From Thecamonas trahens ATCC 50062 (lineage: Eukaryota > Protista > Apusomonadida), in NCBI RefSeq assembly GCF_000142905.1, contig NW_013657659.1, positions 213,487-277,486 of the forward strand: a stretch of 64,000 nucleotides of DNA, given 5' to 3'. The notes below the pieces were generated by a model. It searched no databases and was not told where the DNA came from. It was given only the letters and a program-made list of their open reading frames with translations. The translations under genes were made by a program, and so were the position numbers. Each line of letters begins with the position of its first letter. Within the stretch, counting starts at the first letter, position 1. Shown here piece after piece: positions 45,308 through 56,097 of this stretch.

Positions 45308-47569
45308 ATGGGCAACTGCTGTGGCAAAGAACGGGTGACACCACCTGCTGTAGCATCCGGGAAGGGTACACTGCTGGTGACAGATGAGTTCTGCCTGGCA
45401 GGCAAGGCCGGTGGCCGCAATGCCCGCCTCGAGGCCCTGCTGGACCATGTCTACACCGTGGTGGAGAACGACCCACAGTTTGCCGGCCAGACCTTCTCGT
45501 CGGACGTCTCCTCGCCGGCCGTCGTTGCTGCTCTTGAGGCCGACCTCGCCCGAGCCCACGACAAGAAGTACGTCAAGGGCGGGATGAAGGCTCTTCGCGT
45601 TGCCCTCCGCTCTGCTCCAGAGGCAAAGATCCCCGTTCCGGGCACGGGCACGAGTCTCTCCGCCCTCCGCCTCCGCGCCATGGGCGGCTGCGTCAACATC
45701 GCCCTCCGCGCCGTCGACTCGCTCCTCCTACCCTCGAACAAGCAGTCGCACAACGTGCTGGGCTTCACCTCCAACTCGGGCCACCGCGCCTCACGTGCTG
45801 TCGCGCCCAAGGGCTACAACATGTTCAACGCCGCCGCCGTCGCCGCACTCTACGCTCGTGCACGCTTTGGCCTCGACCGCGTCGCCGTCCTCGACCTCGA
45901 CCCGCACTCGGGCGAGGGCACCCTGGACATGGCGCGGAGCCACGGCTTTTTCTACGGCGCCACACAGCTTGTGGCCGATGACGTCGACCTCTCGCGCGCA
46001 AAGATCACAGAGGCCGACGGCCGCATCGTCGTCCGCGGCCTGCCCTGGGACGCCACCGCTGACGAATTCCGTTCCGCTTGGGCCTCCTCCATCCTGCCCA
46101 AGCTCAAGGCATACAGCCCGCAGCTGGTCATTGTCTCGCTCGGTTTTGCCGACGCCGAAGACGACGACCGCTTTGTCGGCGGCGTGTGGGGCGTTGATCC
46201 CGACGAGTACTTTTGGGTCCTCGACCACGTTGCCTCTATTGCCGAGACTGCCGCCCTCGGCCGCATTGTTGTCCTCCTTGAAGACGGCGTCCACGTCGAC
46301 TCGGTCCTCGACTACACCACCATGGCCCTGTATGCCCTTGTCGGCGCTGACCCGCCCGAGGCTGCTGTCGTCATCGACGAGCAGTACTCGGAGCCCGAGT
46401 CGTCCGAGTCCGAGCCCGAGTCCGAGCCCGAGCCCGAGCCGACTCCGGAACCGAGCCCCGAGCCGACCCCGGAGCCGAGCCCCGAGCCGACCCCGGAGCC
46501 GTCGTACGACGAAGACGACTCGTTTGTCGACGAGCCGCGCTACGAGTACGACGACGACGACGGCTGGCTCGACCCGCGCCACACCTTCCTCGACCAGGAG
46601 ATCGGCAAGCAGTGGGCCATCAACCGCGAGCTCGAAGAGCGCCTCGCTGCTCTGGAGACAACGATCCAACAGGCCGATGCCCACGAGGCCGACGTTGAGG
46701 CCCGCCTTGCCGTGCTCGAGGCCCAGCTTGAGGACGAGAAGGCGACCCTCGAGCCCATGCGCGCAGCCCTTGCGCCCCACACGAACGACATCATGGCTTC
46801 GGTCCACGCCATTGACGACAAGGTGGTCCGCGCTCGCGAGCTCACCACGCTCATCGCCGCCAACAAGGAAACATCGGCAGAACTGCGCGAGCTCATCGCC
46901 GCCCTTGAGGCCCAGGTTGTCGATCGCGCCCGCGAAAATGTTGTTGCCCACGTCGAGGCCGGCGATCGCGAAGCTGCCGCCGTCGCCCGCGCCAAGGACG
47001 AGCTTGCCGCCCTCAACGCCTCGGCCGCTCGCATGCTTGAAGAGCTCGGCGAGCTCTCAGAGTCCTCCAACGTCATTGCTGCTGCCTTTAAGCGCGCCGC
47101 CGGCGAGGTCCGCACCACCCGCCTCGCAGCCTCGCACCTCGACGACGACATCCTTGGCGCTTACGCCAACGTTGAGGCCAAGGTCGACTTTGTTGCCAAC
47201 ACCGCCACCATGCGCAAGATGCGCGAGCGCGACGTTGCCATCGCAAAGGAGGGCCACATCAACATGCTCCAGCGCAAGGTCGACCGCGTCAACACCGGCC
47301 TTGCTCGCGTCGGCCAGATCGCCAACGAGACCAGCGCCGCCATTGACGCTCATGACGCTGTCTCGCCCGAGCGCGCCGCCGCCCGCGAGCAAGTCCGCCT
47401 CGCCCAGGCCCAAGTCGACGCACACCTTGCTGGTGCACCGGCTGTCGCCGCCCGCCCTCCGCGTGCCGCATCGGTCTCGACCGCACTGACTGCAGACACC
47501 TCGGGCATGGACTCTTCCGGCTTTACTGACTTTCATCCGGCCACAGACTCTTTCTATCTCGACCAATGA
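45308..47569 (+). CDS. Degenerate histone-deacetylase-fold protein with an MGNCC acylation motif, EP linker and C-terminal coiled coil
   Basis: GHRA, GYNMFNAAAVAA, RVAVLDLDPHSGEGT, PQLVIVSLGF and GRIVVLLEDG motifs. Confidence 0.8.
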   Translation: MGNCCGKERVTPPAVASGKGTLLVTDEFCLAGKAGGRNARLEALLDHVYTVVENDPQFAGQTFSSDVSSPAVVAALEADLARAHDKKYVKGGMKALRVALRSAPEAKIPVPGTGTSLSALRLRAMGGCVNIALRAVDSLLLPSNKQSHNVLGFTSNSGHRASRAVAPKGYNMFNAAAVAALYARARFGLDRVAVLDLDPHSGEGTLDMARSHGFFYGATQLVADDVDLSRAKITEADGRIVVRGLPWDATADEFRSAWASSILPKLKAYSPQLVIVSLGFADAEDDDRFVGGVWGVDPDEYFWVLDHVASIAETAALGRIVVLLEDGVHVDSVLDYTTMALYALVGADPPEAAVVIDEQYSEPESSESEPESEPEPEPTPEPSPEPTPEPSPEPTPEPSYDEDDSFVDEPRYEYDDDDGWLDPRHTFLDQEIGKQWAINRELEERLAALETTIQQADAHEADVEARLAVLEAQLEDEKATLEPMRAALAPHTNDIMASVHAIDDKVVRARELTTLIAANKETSAELRELIAALEAQVVDRARENVVAHVEAGDREAAAVARAKDELAALNASAARMLEELGELSESSNVIAAAFKRAAGEVRTTRLAASHLDDDILGAYANVEAKVDFVANTATMRKMRERDVAIAKEGHINMLQRKVDRVNTGLARVGQIANETSAAIDAHDAVSPERAAAREQVRLAQAQVDAHLAGAPAVAARPPRAASVSTALTADTSGMDSSGFTDFHPATDSFYLDQ

Positions 47570-47600
47570 AACCACTGCACACAAGCCCGCAAGTTCACAG

Positions 47601-50015
47601 CTACTGGCTCGACGCGTGCCGCGCCCGTTGGGCCGTGGCCTGCTCGCAGCGGAGAACGTGTTCCAGAAACTCGAGAAGCAAGAGGTAGATGGGGTCGCTG
47701 CGGCTCGCTGGCTTGCACGCCGTCAGATGGTCGTTAGGTACGGTGACAAAGCGACCATAGCCTGGATACGCCGACTCGGGCGGGACGATGACGATGCGCA
47801 GCGGCGACGACGGCCGCTCCGGTGGGAGCGGGAGCGCAATCTCCTCGCCCACAGACATGACCGCAATATGCCGGTAGCGGCGGACAAGCTCGTTGAGGAG
47901 GCGGAGCTGAACCGAGCCCATCTGCAGGACCTGGAGATCATGCGACGGCTTGTAGACCGACGACGCGTAGGAGGCCACCAGCGGGAGCCATGAGCCAAAG
48001 TGCGGAGTGGCGTAAAAGGCAATGCCGACTGTCCGCGCCAGCAATGCTGGCGCCCGCTGCTCAGCAAGCACGAGCGCTTGCTTGACTACCAGCCCGCCCA
48101 TCGAGTGGGTGACAAAGACCACGCGCCGCCCGCCGCGGCCGACACCGGCCTCGACGAGCTTGTCGAGAAGCGCCGCACCGCGCTCCTCGAGCGTCAGCGA
48201 CGAGCCGGACCACTCGGACCAGACCGAGTCGTATCCGATCGAGAGGATTCGCGCGTCAGCAATGCGAAGTTGCTTGTGGTCGGCACCAGGCCGTGCCTTG
48301 CGTGCTGCCATTCCGCTCAGGAACGCCGTCTCGAGCCCGGCGTCGCGCCAGAGCTTCGATGCCTTGTCGTCGAGCTTGACCAGCTCGGACGAGGTGTAGT
48401 CATGGCCCGCACGCATGGGCGACCGCCCGCGCTCGCGGGCAACTCGGGCCACAAGCTGCTCCAGATCGTGCGGAAGCCAGGCGTGCGGCCAAATGATGTT
48501 GGATCGCGGCTGTCCCAACGGCGCAAATGTCCGCCAGGTCGTCACTGGGTGGCCGCGGAGGCCGTGCACAAACACAATGTCTAGACTCGACGTCGCGGTC
48601 GTCGCATCCGCCTCGGCATCGTGCAGGGTCTCGGTGGCCGACGTCGGGTGCAGGATGTAGACTGAGTCGTCGTAGGCAGAGACAAACTTGCCCGGCCGCT
48701 GCGCAATGCGAAACGGGCGATGCATGTTGGAGAGGGCGCGGACGGCCTGGAGCTTGAGCTCCATCGGCTGGTCGGACTCGTCGTCGGCCGCTCGCGACCA
48801 TTGCACAAGCCGTGGAAGCAGCGTCGAGGTGAGGACTGTGTGGGTGAGTGCGGCGCTTGCATTGTCATCCAGCGCCACGTTGGCCACAATGCGGGCGACT
48901 TGAATGGCGGCCGAGTTGGCGTCGGCGGCATCGGCGCGGTCGAGAAGCTCACAGAGCACGCTGACGAGGACCGGGGCAGGCACTGCCGCGACCGCGCTCC
49001 GCGACGTCGGTGAGCCCGTGTAGTCACCGAGGAGCCTGAGGAGAGTAGCATCGAGCTTGGCCCCGTCGGCAGAGCCGCCCCAGACCCGCGGGATGGCACC
49101 CGAGACCCGAGCCCACCACGAGGGCGGGCTGGCGTCCGGGGTCTTCACGGCGCTCGCCAGCCGCTTGCTCACATACTCGCGATCAGCGAGCGTGGACGAG
49201 TACTCGCGCGGAGTCGGGAGAAAGAGCAGGAGCTCGCAGAGCGCCGCCGCTATCGCATCGACATTGTCGGCCACCGTGGCAAACCGTGGATCGGGATCGG
49301 CGGTGACCGGGGCGTGAGCTGTGAGGAGCCGCGCCGCCCGCTGTGGATCAAACACCTCGACCGGAACCAGCTCGGAGCGGGCGCAGAAGAGCAGGGCCGA
49401 GACGCCGCCGACCGCCACGAGCTCGTCGGCGGCCGCCGGCTCAGCGGTGAGGCCGGCCAGAACCTCGATGAGCAGCTCGCGGACTCGGCGATGCGGCTCG
49501 GCTACCAGCAGGTCGACGAGACGGGCGAGCGGGGCGGCGTCCAGCGCTACTGCTCGAGCATCAACGTCGGGCACTGCAGCAGCCAGCACCTCCAACGCTG
49601 GCTCGAGCGGAGGCCAGTTTCCGTGAGGAGCAAGCTCGACAACTGCCAAAGCGCCAGCGATTCGCAGATTGCGCGCCAGCAGAGGCAGCGGAGGAGGATG
49701 GGTGACGTGGGACCGGCCGAGTGCGCTGTCGTCGACGACAAGCGGAGTGCGGAGCTTATAGGCGGCGATAGCAACACCAGCCAGCCCCCCTGCGACCCCA
49801 GCCAAGCGGACAATCAGAGGAGCGTGTGGCAAGCGTGGCGGAGGTGGAGGCGGAGGTGGATGCGAGGATGGTGGACGAGTGGGTTGGCTCGGCTTGCTAG
49901 GCGGGCGTGGAGGAGAGGGCGGAGGTGCCGGTGCCGACGAAGCGCGACGGAGGGAGAGGCGGATGGGGGCAAGCAGGGCACGCCCTGTGGAGGCGACCAG
50001 ATGGCGGAACCGCAT
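47601..50015 (-). CDS. SERAC1: SERAC1-like protein (presequence, TM, ARM-like region, alpha/beta hydrolase)
   Basis: DIVFVHGLRG..TW, WLPHD, ARILSIGY, HSMGGLVVK, FYATPHFGS and DHLTACKP. Confidence 0.85.
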   Translation of the reverse strand: MRFRHLVASTGRALLAPIRLSLRRASSAPAPPPSPPRPPSKPSQPTRPPSSHPPPPPPPPRLPHAPLIVRLAGVAGGLAGVAIAAYKLRTPLVVDDSALGRSHVTHPPPLPLLARNLRIAGALAVVELAPHGNWPPLEPALEVLAAAVPDVDARAVALDAAPLARLVDLLVAEPHRRVRELLIEVLAGLTAEPAAADELVAVGGVSALLFCARSELVPVEVFDPQRAARLLTAHAPVTADPDPRFATVADNVDAIAAALCELLLFLPTPREYSSTLADREYVSKRLASAVKTPDASPPSWWARVSGAIPRVWGGSADGAKLDATLLRLLGDYTGSPTSRSAVAAVPAPVLVSVLCELLDRADAADANSAAIQVARIVANVALDDNASAALTHTVLTSTLLPRLVQWSRAADDESDQPMELKLQAVRALSNMHRPFRIAQRPGKFVSAYDDSVYILHPTSATETLHDAEADATTATSSLDIVFVHGLRGHPVTTWRTFAPLGQPRSNIIWPHAWLPHDLEQLVARVARERGRSPMRAGHDYTSSELVKLDDKASKLWRDAGLETAFLSGMAARKARPGADHKQLRIADARILSIGYDSVWSEWSGSSLTLEERGAALLDKLVEAGVGRGGRRVVFVTHSMGGLVVKQALVLAEQRAPALLARTVGIAFYATPHFGSWLPLVASYASSVYKPSHDLQVLQMGSVQLRLLNELVRRYRHIAVMSVGEEIALPLPPERPSSPLRIVIVPPESAYPGYGRFVTVPNDHLTACKPASRSDPIYLLLLEFLEHVLRCEQATAQRARHASSQ

Positions 50016-50166
50016 GGAAAGGTCGAGGGTGGGCCGGGGTGGGTGGCGGTGAGGTGGCGGGTGGCGGTGAGGTGGCGTGTCCGTGGCGCCACGACGTGTC
50101 ACTCTTGACCCGTGCATGCCGTAGATTCGTCCATTCAAGCAGTGCAGGAGGCAGCCGGGCTAGCGA

Positions 50167-50706
50167 ACGACCGATGGGGCTGGCCGATGTGGCTGGCTGA
50201 CGTGGCTGGCCGATGGTGCCCGACCAAGGCGCCCGACCGATGCGCCCGACCGATGCGCCTTACCGATGCGCCTTACCGATGCGCCTTACCGATGTGCCTG
50301 ACCGATGTGCCTGACCGATGTGCTCGACCGATGTGCTCGACCGATGCGCCCGACCAAAGCCCCCGACCAAAGCCCCCGACCAAAGCCCCCGACCAAAGCC
50401 CCCGACCAAAGCCCCCGACCAAAGCCCCCGACCAAAGCCCCCGACCAAAGCCCCCGACCAAAGCCCCCGACCAAAACGCCCGACCAAAGCCCCCGACCAA
50501 AGCCCCCGACCAAAGCCCCCGACCAAAGCCCCCGACCAAAGCCCCCGACCAAAGCCCCCGACCAAAGCCCCCGACCAAAGCCCCCGACCAAAGCCCCCGA
50601 CCAACGCCCCCGACCAAAGCCCCCGACCAAAGCCCCCGACCAAAGCCCCCGACCAAAGCCCCCGACCAAAGCCCCCGACCAAAGCGCCCGACCAAAACGC
50701 CCGACA
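50167..50706. repeat. 13-bp minisatellite: about 27 copies of CGACCAAAGCCCC preceded by variant ACCGATG(C/T)GC units
   Basis: Directly visible. Lies between the divergent SERAC1 and ankyrin genes. Confidence 0.95.
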
Positions 50707-50788
50707 GGCGATCTTTTGCCGGCGAATGGACGTTGTGGCTGTTTCTCTCACTCCGCTCGCACGCCTCACTCTCTTCACACATCACTAC

Positions 50789-51431
50789 ATGGCGGCAGAA
50801 ACCGATGCCGCCCCCAGCTTGTCTGCAAGCGAAGTGTATGAGGCCGGTAAGCGCGGCGAGTGGGATGTTGTGCTGGCTGTGATAGGCGAGCGGTCCGAGG
50901 CGGCGGCGGCGGCGGCGCGGTTTGTCAAGTGCAGCTCGGGCTGGACACTGCTCCACCAGGCTGCGTGGTGGGGGACAGCGATGCCGTCCGGGTGGTGGTG
51001 GGCGCCGGTGCTGTTCTCGATCACAAGGACAAGGACGGAAAGATGCCCATTGAGGTGGCCAAGGACGAGCCAACGATTGCCTTGATCAAGCTGGCCATGG
51101 ACAACGCCGTCAAAGGGCTGTACAGTGGAACGCCGAGCTGGCGCAGCAGACGAGCCCGGTCGTCTTTCCGCCAGCCGCGCCGGACTCGCCCGCGGTCAAG
51201 ATCATCAACGTCGGGCCGACGTACCACATCGCCTATGGCGGTGGAGTGACCTCGGCCTACAACGGCAGGGCGGTCTGGCTCGACGAGTTTGGCCGCGTTC
51301 TCGTCGGCTGGCACGGCACAGTCTCCCCACCGTCGGGCATGGCTGGCGAGGATCTCATGCAAGACGAATCAGACGCAGACATTTTGTCACGGCTAACTAT
51401 CGTACCGTCATGGATGGCCATGCCGAGGTAG
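50789..51431 (+). CDS. Small ankyrin-repeat protein with a C-terminal VGWHGT domain; apparent frameshifts at 50970-50974 and near 51123
   Basis: SGWTLLHQAAWWG|DSDAVRVVVGAGA...DKDGKMPIEVA, then a third frame IAYGGG...LDEFGRVLVGWHGTVSPPSGM. Confidence 0.7.
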
Positions 51432-51835
51432 CTGCGCTCCCTGATTGAGTTAGTTGCAAGTGTTTGGCGGTGTGACCAAGCCGTCGCCTGGGCCCGGCTC
51501 CAGCCCGACAGCCGCAACCAGACATCGGTAACACAGGTGGTGCTCTGTCACGATGCTACGAATCCACGATCTTGGGATGGGATGGGATGGGATGGGATTC
51601 GCGCAGCATAGCCAGCGAATCAGTCTCCTCGTGCGGCTCCACCGCCAATGCAGGCCACCGTGACAACGCACCAGCTGTCAGCCGTCGTCAGCCGTGACCT
51701 ATACAATGCCATGGCACAGGGGAAGGGTGGGGAGAGGGGGGGGGGGGGGAGAGTACAGAGAACAGCGATTGGATGTTTGACGATCGACATCGATCGACAT
51801 GGCCCAGCCTATGGCTCGGATCTTCTCTACGTGGC

Positions 51836-52801
51836 CTACTCGGCGGCAGTAGCGGCCCTCTTGGCCTCCATCTCGGCCTCGAGCTTCATAAAGGCTTCCA
51901 TGTTGACCTCATCAAGCTCGTCCGAGACCTCCTCGACGGCCTCAACCTCGGGGATAAAGTGCATGAGCAGGCCTTGGATGCCCTGCTTGAGGGTGACCGA
52001 CGACGAGGGGCAGCCCTGGCACGAGCCCTTGAGCTGCAAAAAGACGACGCCATCGTCGGAGAAACCGCGATAGACGACGTCGCCGCCGTCCATCTGGACT
52101 GAGGGGCGGATGCGGGTGTCGAGCAGCTCCTTGATCATGAGGACCACCTCCGAGTCGTCGTCTTGCGGCTCGGTGTCTGCGGCAGACGAGTCCGCCGGAG
52201 CAGCCTCGCCCTCGCGGAAGAGCGGAGCGCCCGAGGCGAAAAAGTCCATGAGGGCGGCAAAGATCTCGGGCTTGAGGGTGGCCCACTCGGCGGTCTCGTC
52301 CTTGGTGACGGTGACAAAGTCGGCGGCAAAGAAGACCGATTTGACACCCGGAATGAGGAAGAGCGACGAGGCGAGCGGCGAGGCCCGGCCTTCGCCCAGG
52401 TTGTTGAACTCGACAGGCCGCGCCCCGGCCTCCATCAGCGGCTCGGTGGGCAGGAACTTGAGCGACGCCGGGTTGGGCGTCGCCTCTGTCCGCACAAACA
52501 TGGTCCGTGCGGGCGCACGCGGCCAGCCACCCGCCGTCACCGCCGGCCTGCTCACGCTCGGCCGCGCCAGCGCAGCCACGCCGGCAACTGCAGCCGTGCT
52601 CAGCGCCCGCCGGCCGGCCGCAGCCGCAAACACCTCGGACGTCGTCCAGCCATGGCCCAGCACGCCGCAGCCAGTCGCCATCGTCCGTGTCGCCGTCACC
52701 GCCGCTGCCGGCGGAGCACGAGGCCGAGGTGCCTTGGGCAGGCCAACTGCGCGGACAGCAGACGACGCGCGGGTGAGTGTGCGCAATGTGTTGCGGAGCA
52801 T
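51836..52801 (-). CDS. NFU1: Mitochondrial Fe-S cluster carrier NFU1
   Basis: TPNPASLKFLP, IRPSVQMDGGD, GSCQGCPSS and a presequence. Confidence 0.95.
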   Translation of the reverse strand: MLRNTLRTLTRASSAVRAVGLPKAPRPRAPPAAAVTATRTMATGCGVLGHGWTTSEVFAAAAGRRALSTAAVAGVAALARPSVSRPAVTAGGWPRAPARTMFVRTEATPNPASLKFLPTEPLMEAGARPVEFNNLGEGRASPLASSLFLIPGVKSVFFAADFVTVTKDETAEWATLKPEIFAALMDFFASGAPLFREGEAAPADSSAADTEPQDDDSEVVLMIKELLDTRIRPSVQMDGGDVVYRGFSDDGVVFLQLKGSCQGCPSSSVTLKQGIQGLLMHFIPEVEAVEEVSDELDEVNMEAFMKLEAEMEAKRAATAAE

Positions 52802-52914
52802 GATGTTGTGGGTGGAGGTGGGGGTGGGTTGGGGTTGGGTGGGGAGGTGAGGTGCGTCGGGTCGGTGTCGGCGACCAGCAAGCTGACGACGCGTCGTCCG
52901 GCCTGTTCGGCGAG

Positions 52915-54694
52915 TCAATCGGCTCGGTCGCGGCTCGGTCGACTTGGTCCGCTCGTCCACCTCGTTCGGTAGTAGCAGATAGACATTGGGCACGGATCAG
53001 AGTTCATGGGGAGAGCCGGCGGCTGACTAGCTGGCTGGCTGGCTAGCTGACTACACGGCGCCACGACAAGACGCGTCGCCTGGAAAGGGCAGGGGGGTAC
53101 CATGCCCTCAGAACGTCGAGTCGTAGACCGGGAGACCGTCGCGCTTAGCAGGGGCACGGACACGGGCGTTGGGTTGATGATGCGCTCAAAGCCGCGCGAG
53201 GAGACCCACTTGCGCGGCTCGTCCTTGCGGAAGTGGTGGTCGAGCCAGGACGAGTCGACGTAGGGCCCGTTCGAGTTGAGGTACGGCGACTCGTAAGTGG
53301 CCTGGCGCTGGTACGCAGGCTTCTTGGACGCAGTCGAGTACGCTGGCTTGCCGGAGCCGCGCTTGAGGAAGGGCTTGAGGGCAAAGTTGGAGGCGCCTGT
53401 TGCCTTGCCGGACATCAGCTGCTTGCGGCGCTCGCGGAGCTCGGCGTACTGCTGCGGGGTGAGGGTGACGAGGTACTCGCGGATGAGGACACGGCCGCGC
53501 TTGCGGACGCCGGTCAGCGTCGAGTTGAGGCCTGGCGGCGGGCGGGTCTTGAGTTCGTAACCGTTGGGCAGCGGGCCGTCGAACGCCGGGGGCTTGGTCG
53601 CTTGCGAGGGCGCCGGCGAGCCGTGCGCGCCGGCCGACGAGGACGGCGGGCCGGGGGCGTCCACATTCAGCTGGTCCTGCATCAGCTGCTGCTGCTCGCG
53701 AAGCTGCGCAAGCATGTCCTCCTGCTGCTGGAGGAGCGCCTGCTGCTGCCGGATGCGATCTGTGTGTGCCCGTGAGAGGTCGAGCGAACCGGCGTCCGCT
53801 GCCGCCGCTGGCTCGGCCTCGGCCTCGGCGACCTGCGCCATCGACGCCATCGACGCGTTGGTCAGCGAGGTCTTGGCCATCTCACGCTGCACAAGCCGCG
53901 CCTTGCGCTCGTCGTGGTGCTTGGCCAGAAGCTCGCGCTGCTTGTCCAGCGCCTCCTGCTGCGCACGCAGCTCGTCCTGCTGCTGCACAATCCGACGCTG
54001 CTCCGGCGAGAGTGCCCCGCCCGCAGGCGCCGGCGATGCCTCGCTCCCCGCCCCTCCTGCCCGTGCCGGCGTCTGTAACTCCGCCCCAGGCCGGCCCAGC
54101 TCCTCGCCCATCGACCCGTACCCCGCCGTCTCGTCCGCGTCAAACGAGGTGAGCGTGATCTTCTCATACGCCCCGCCAGCTGCATCCACCACGTCTCCTG
54201 TCAACGCCTTGCGCAGCTTGCTCTGCAGCAGCTCCAGCAGGTGGATCCGCGCATCCTCGCTGTGCTTCCGCACGAACCGGTCCAGCTGCAGCAGCCGGAC
54301 GTCGATCGACCGCTTGAGCCGCTTCGTCGGCGTCCCCTCCGTCCCGTCCTCCACCAGACACTACCCGCCGCCACCCACCGAGTCCAGTAAGTTCCTCCCT
54401 GCCTACTCTGCCCACCACACACCCCGCATGCCCCACCCCTGCAAGGCCTGCGCCGTCACAGCCCACGCCTGGGTCTTGTCCTCCCGGCCAAAAAATGCCC
54501 CCCCCCCACCCCCGGGGCCGGCCGGCCGGCACCCCTCCCAACGGCCGCCGCCACTGCCCCGCAGCCGCCCCCACCGCTGCCCACTGCCGACGGCACAGCA
54601 TGCGTACTTCTCTATACTTGTCAATGACTTCGTCAACCTCGAGCATAATCGCGTCGAGGTTGTCCAGGTCCAGGCGCTTCCAGCGAACCGACAT
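52915..54694 (-). CDS. Hypothetical coiled-coil protein; intron 54361-54607
   Basis: MSVRWKRLDL...KYRE|CLVEDG via GTACGC..GGTAG. The true stop may lie near 53145. Confidence 0.6.
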
Positions 54695-54961
54695 GGTGCC
54701 GTGGAGTGGGGTGGCGGTCGTTTGTGACGCTGACTGACTGCCGTCCGATGGCGGACTCTCGAGCCACACACGCACGTCGCATCGTCGCCTGACACAAGTA
54801 CATCAGCTTGGTCGATCTGGCTCGAGAGGCTTCAGCTCTATCAGAGCTTTATCATCAAAGGTGGCAGTGTGCCGCAGCTTGAAGGGGTTGCAGGCGGCCA
54901 GCGGCAAGCTGGAAACTGCGCAGCAAAACTCACGACAGCCCCCGCCGGGCTGGGCTGACGG

Positions 54962-55880
54962 CTAGCGGCGACGTTGGTTGGTGGCGCCTTCGGTCTTCTT
55001 CTTGCGGCGCTTCTTCTTGGTGGCAGTCGGATCGTAGACAGCCGAGGCCGCAACATCCGGCACGACCGGCTGAAAGTCGGAGAAGATGCGGTGATGGCAC
55101 TTGACGGCGTTGCGCGAGGCCGTGTAGTGGCGCGGATGATCGGGTCCGAGTTGGGCAGCAAAGACGTCGCGGGCAGCCTTAAACATGGCCAGCGCCTCCT
55201 TGGAGCGGCCCATCGAGTCGAGGCAGACCGCAATGTTGTTGTCGAGGAGCGCCACGTCAACGTGATCCTCGGGCATGGTGATGAGCCGGATGGCGCGGGC
55301 CTTGCGGAAGGTCTCCAGCGCAAGCCGGAACTCGCCCATGTGGGTGTACACACCCCCAACAAACGACCATGTGAGGGCGCGGACCGGATGTCCCGGTGGG
55401 AGCTCCTCAGCGAGCTGGCGAGCATCCTGGAACTGCAACAGCGCAACCCGATCCTGCTCCTCAGACTCGTAGACCGAGCCCAGGGCGCACATAAAGTAGA
55501 TGTCCACCAGTGGCAGCTCGTCCTCTGCATCCACCAGCTCCAACCACTGCGATCGCGCCGCCAGGTATGTTTCCACCGCAAGCTTCACCTTGCCGCCATT
55601 CTGATACAACAATGCAGCCTCTAGCTTGTGTCCCAGCTCCTCTGTCGGTGTCGGCGGAGCATACAGCAGCTCCCTATTCTCGCCAGCCGCAGCCGCAGTC
55701 ACAACCACCGTCACAGCCAGAGCCCCACCACAACCCGAAGCAGCACCAAGCTAAGCGTGAGCCCATGCACAAATCCCCCTCCCCTCCCTCCCTGCCTTCC
55801 TCCCTCCCCTCCCCACACACCCTCTCCCCACACCCCTCATGCCCGTTGACCACCCACCCACCGCCCTCCCCCCACCCCAC

Positions 55881-55921
<41 letters not shown>

Positions 55922-55961
55922 ACTTGATCAGACACGGGGCTGTAGTGGCCAGGCCGGACAT
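54962..55961 (-). CDS. TPR-repeat protein; intron 55674-55923
   Basis: MSGLATTAPCLIK|ELLYAPP via GTACGT..AATAG. Kinesin-light-chain-like TPRs (EDHVDVALLDNNIA, LGPDHP) and a basic tail. Confidence 0.75.
55883..55919. repeat. (CA)n microsatellite inside the TPR-gene intron
   Basis: Directly visible. Confidence 0.95.
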
Positions 55962-56097
55962 GCCGGAAGCACTGGACGACGTAGGCTGCTCCACGGTGGG
56001 CAGGTGTGTGCGCAACTGTCGAGTGCGGTCCAAAGTGCAGTGTGGTGACACTCGCGCTTCGCCTTTGCCCTCGCACGGCGTCGGACACGCACCACGA

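Noticed and set aside
50349-50706. CRISPR array or repeat-encoded protein (PKPPTKAPDQS)
   Set aside because: Contiguous 13-bp units with no spacers and no cas genes. All frames are open only because the unit lacks stop codons.
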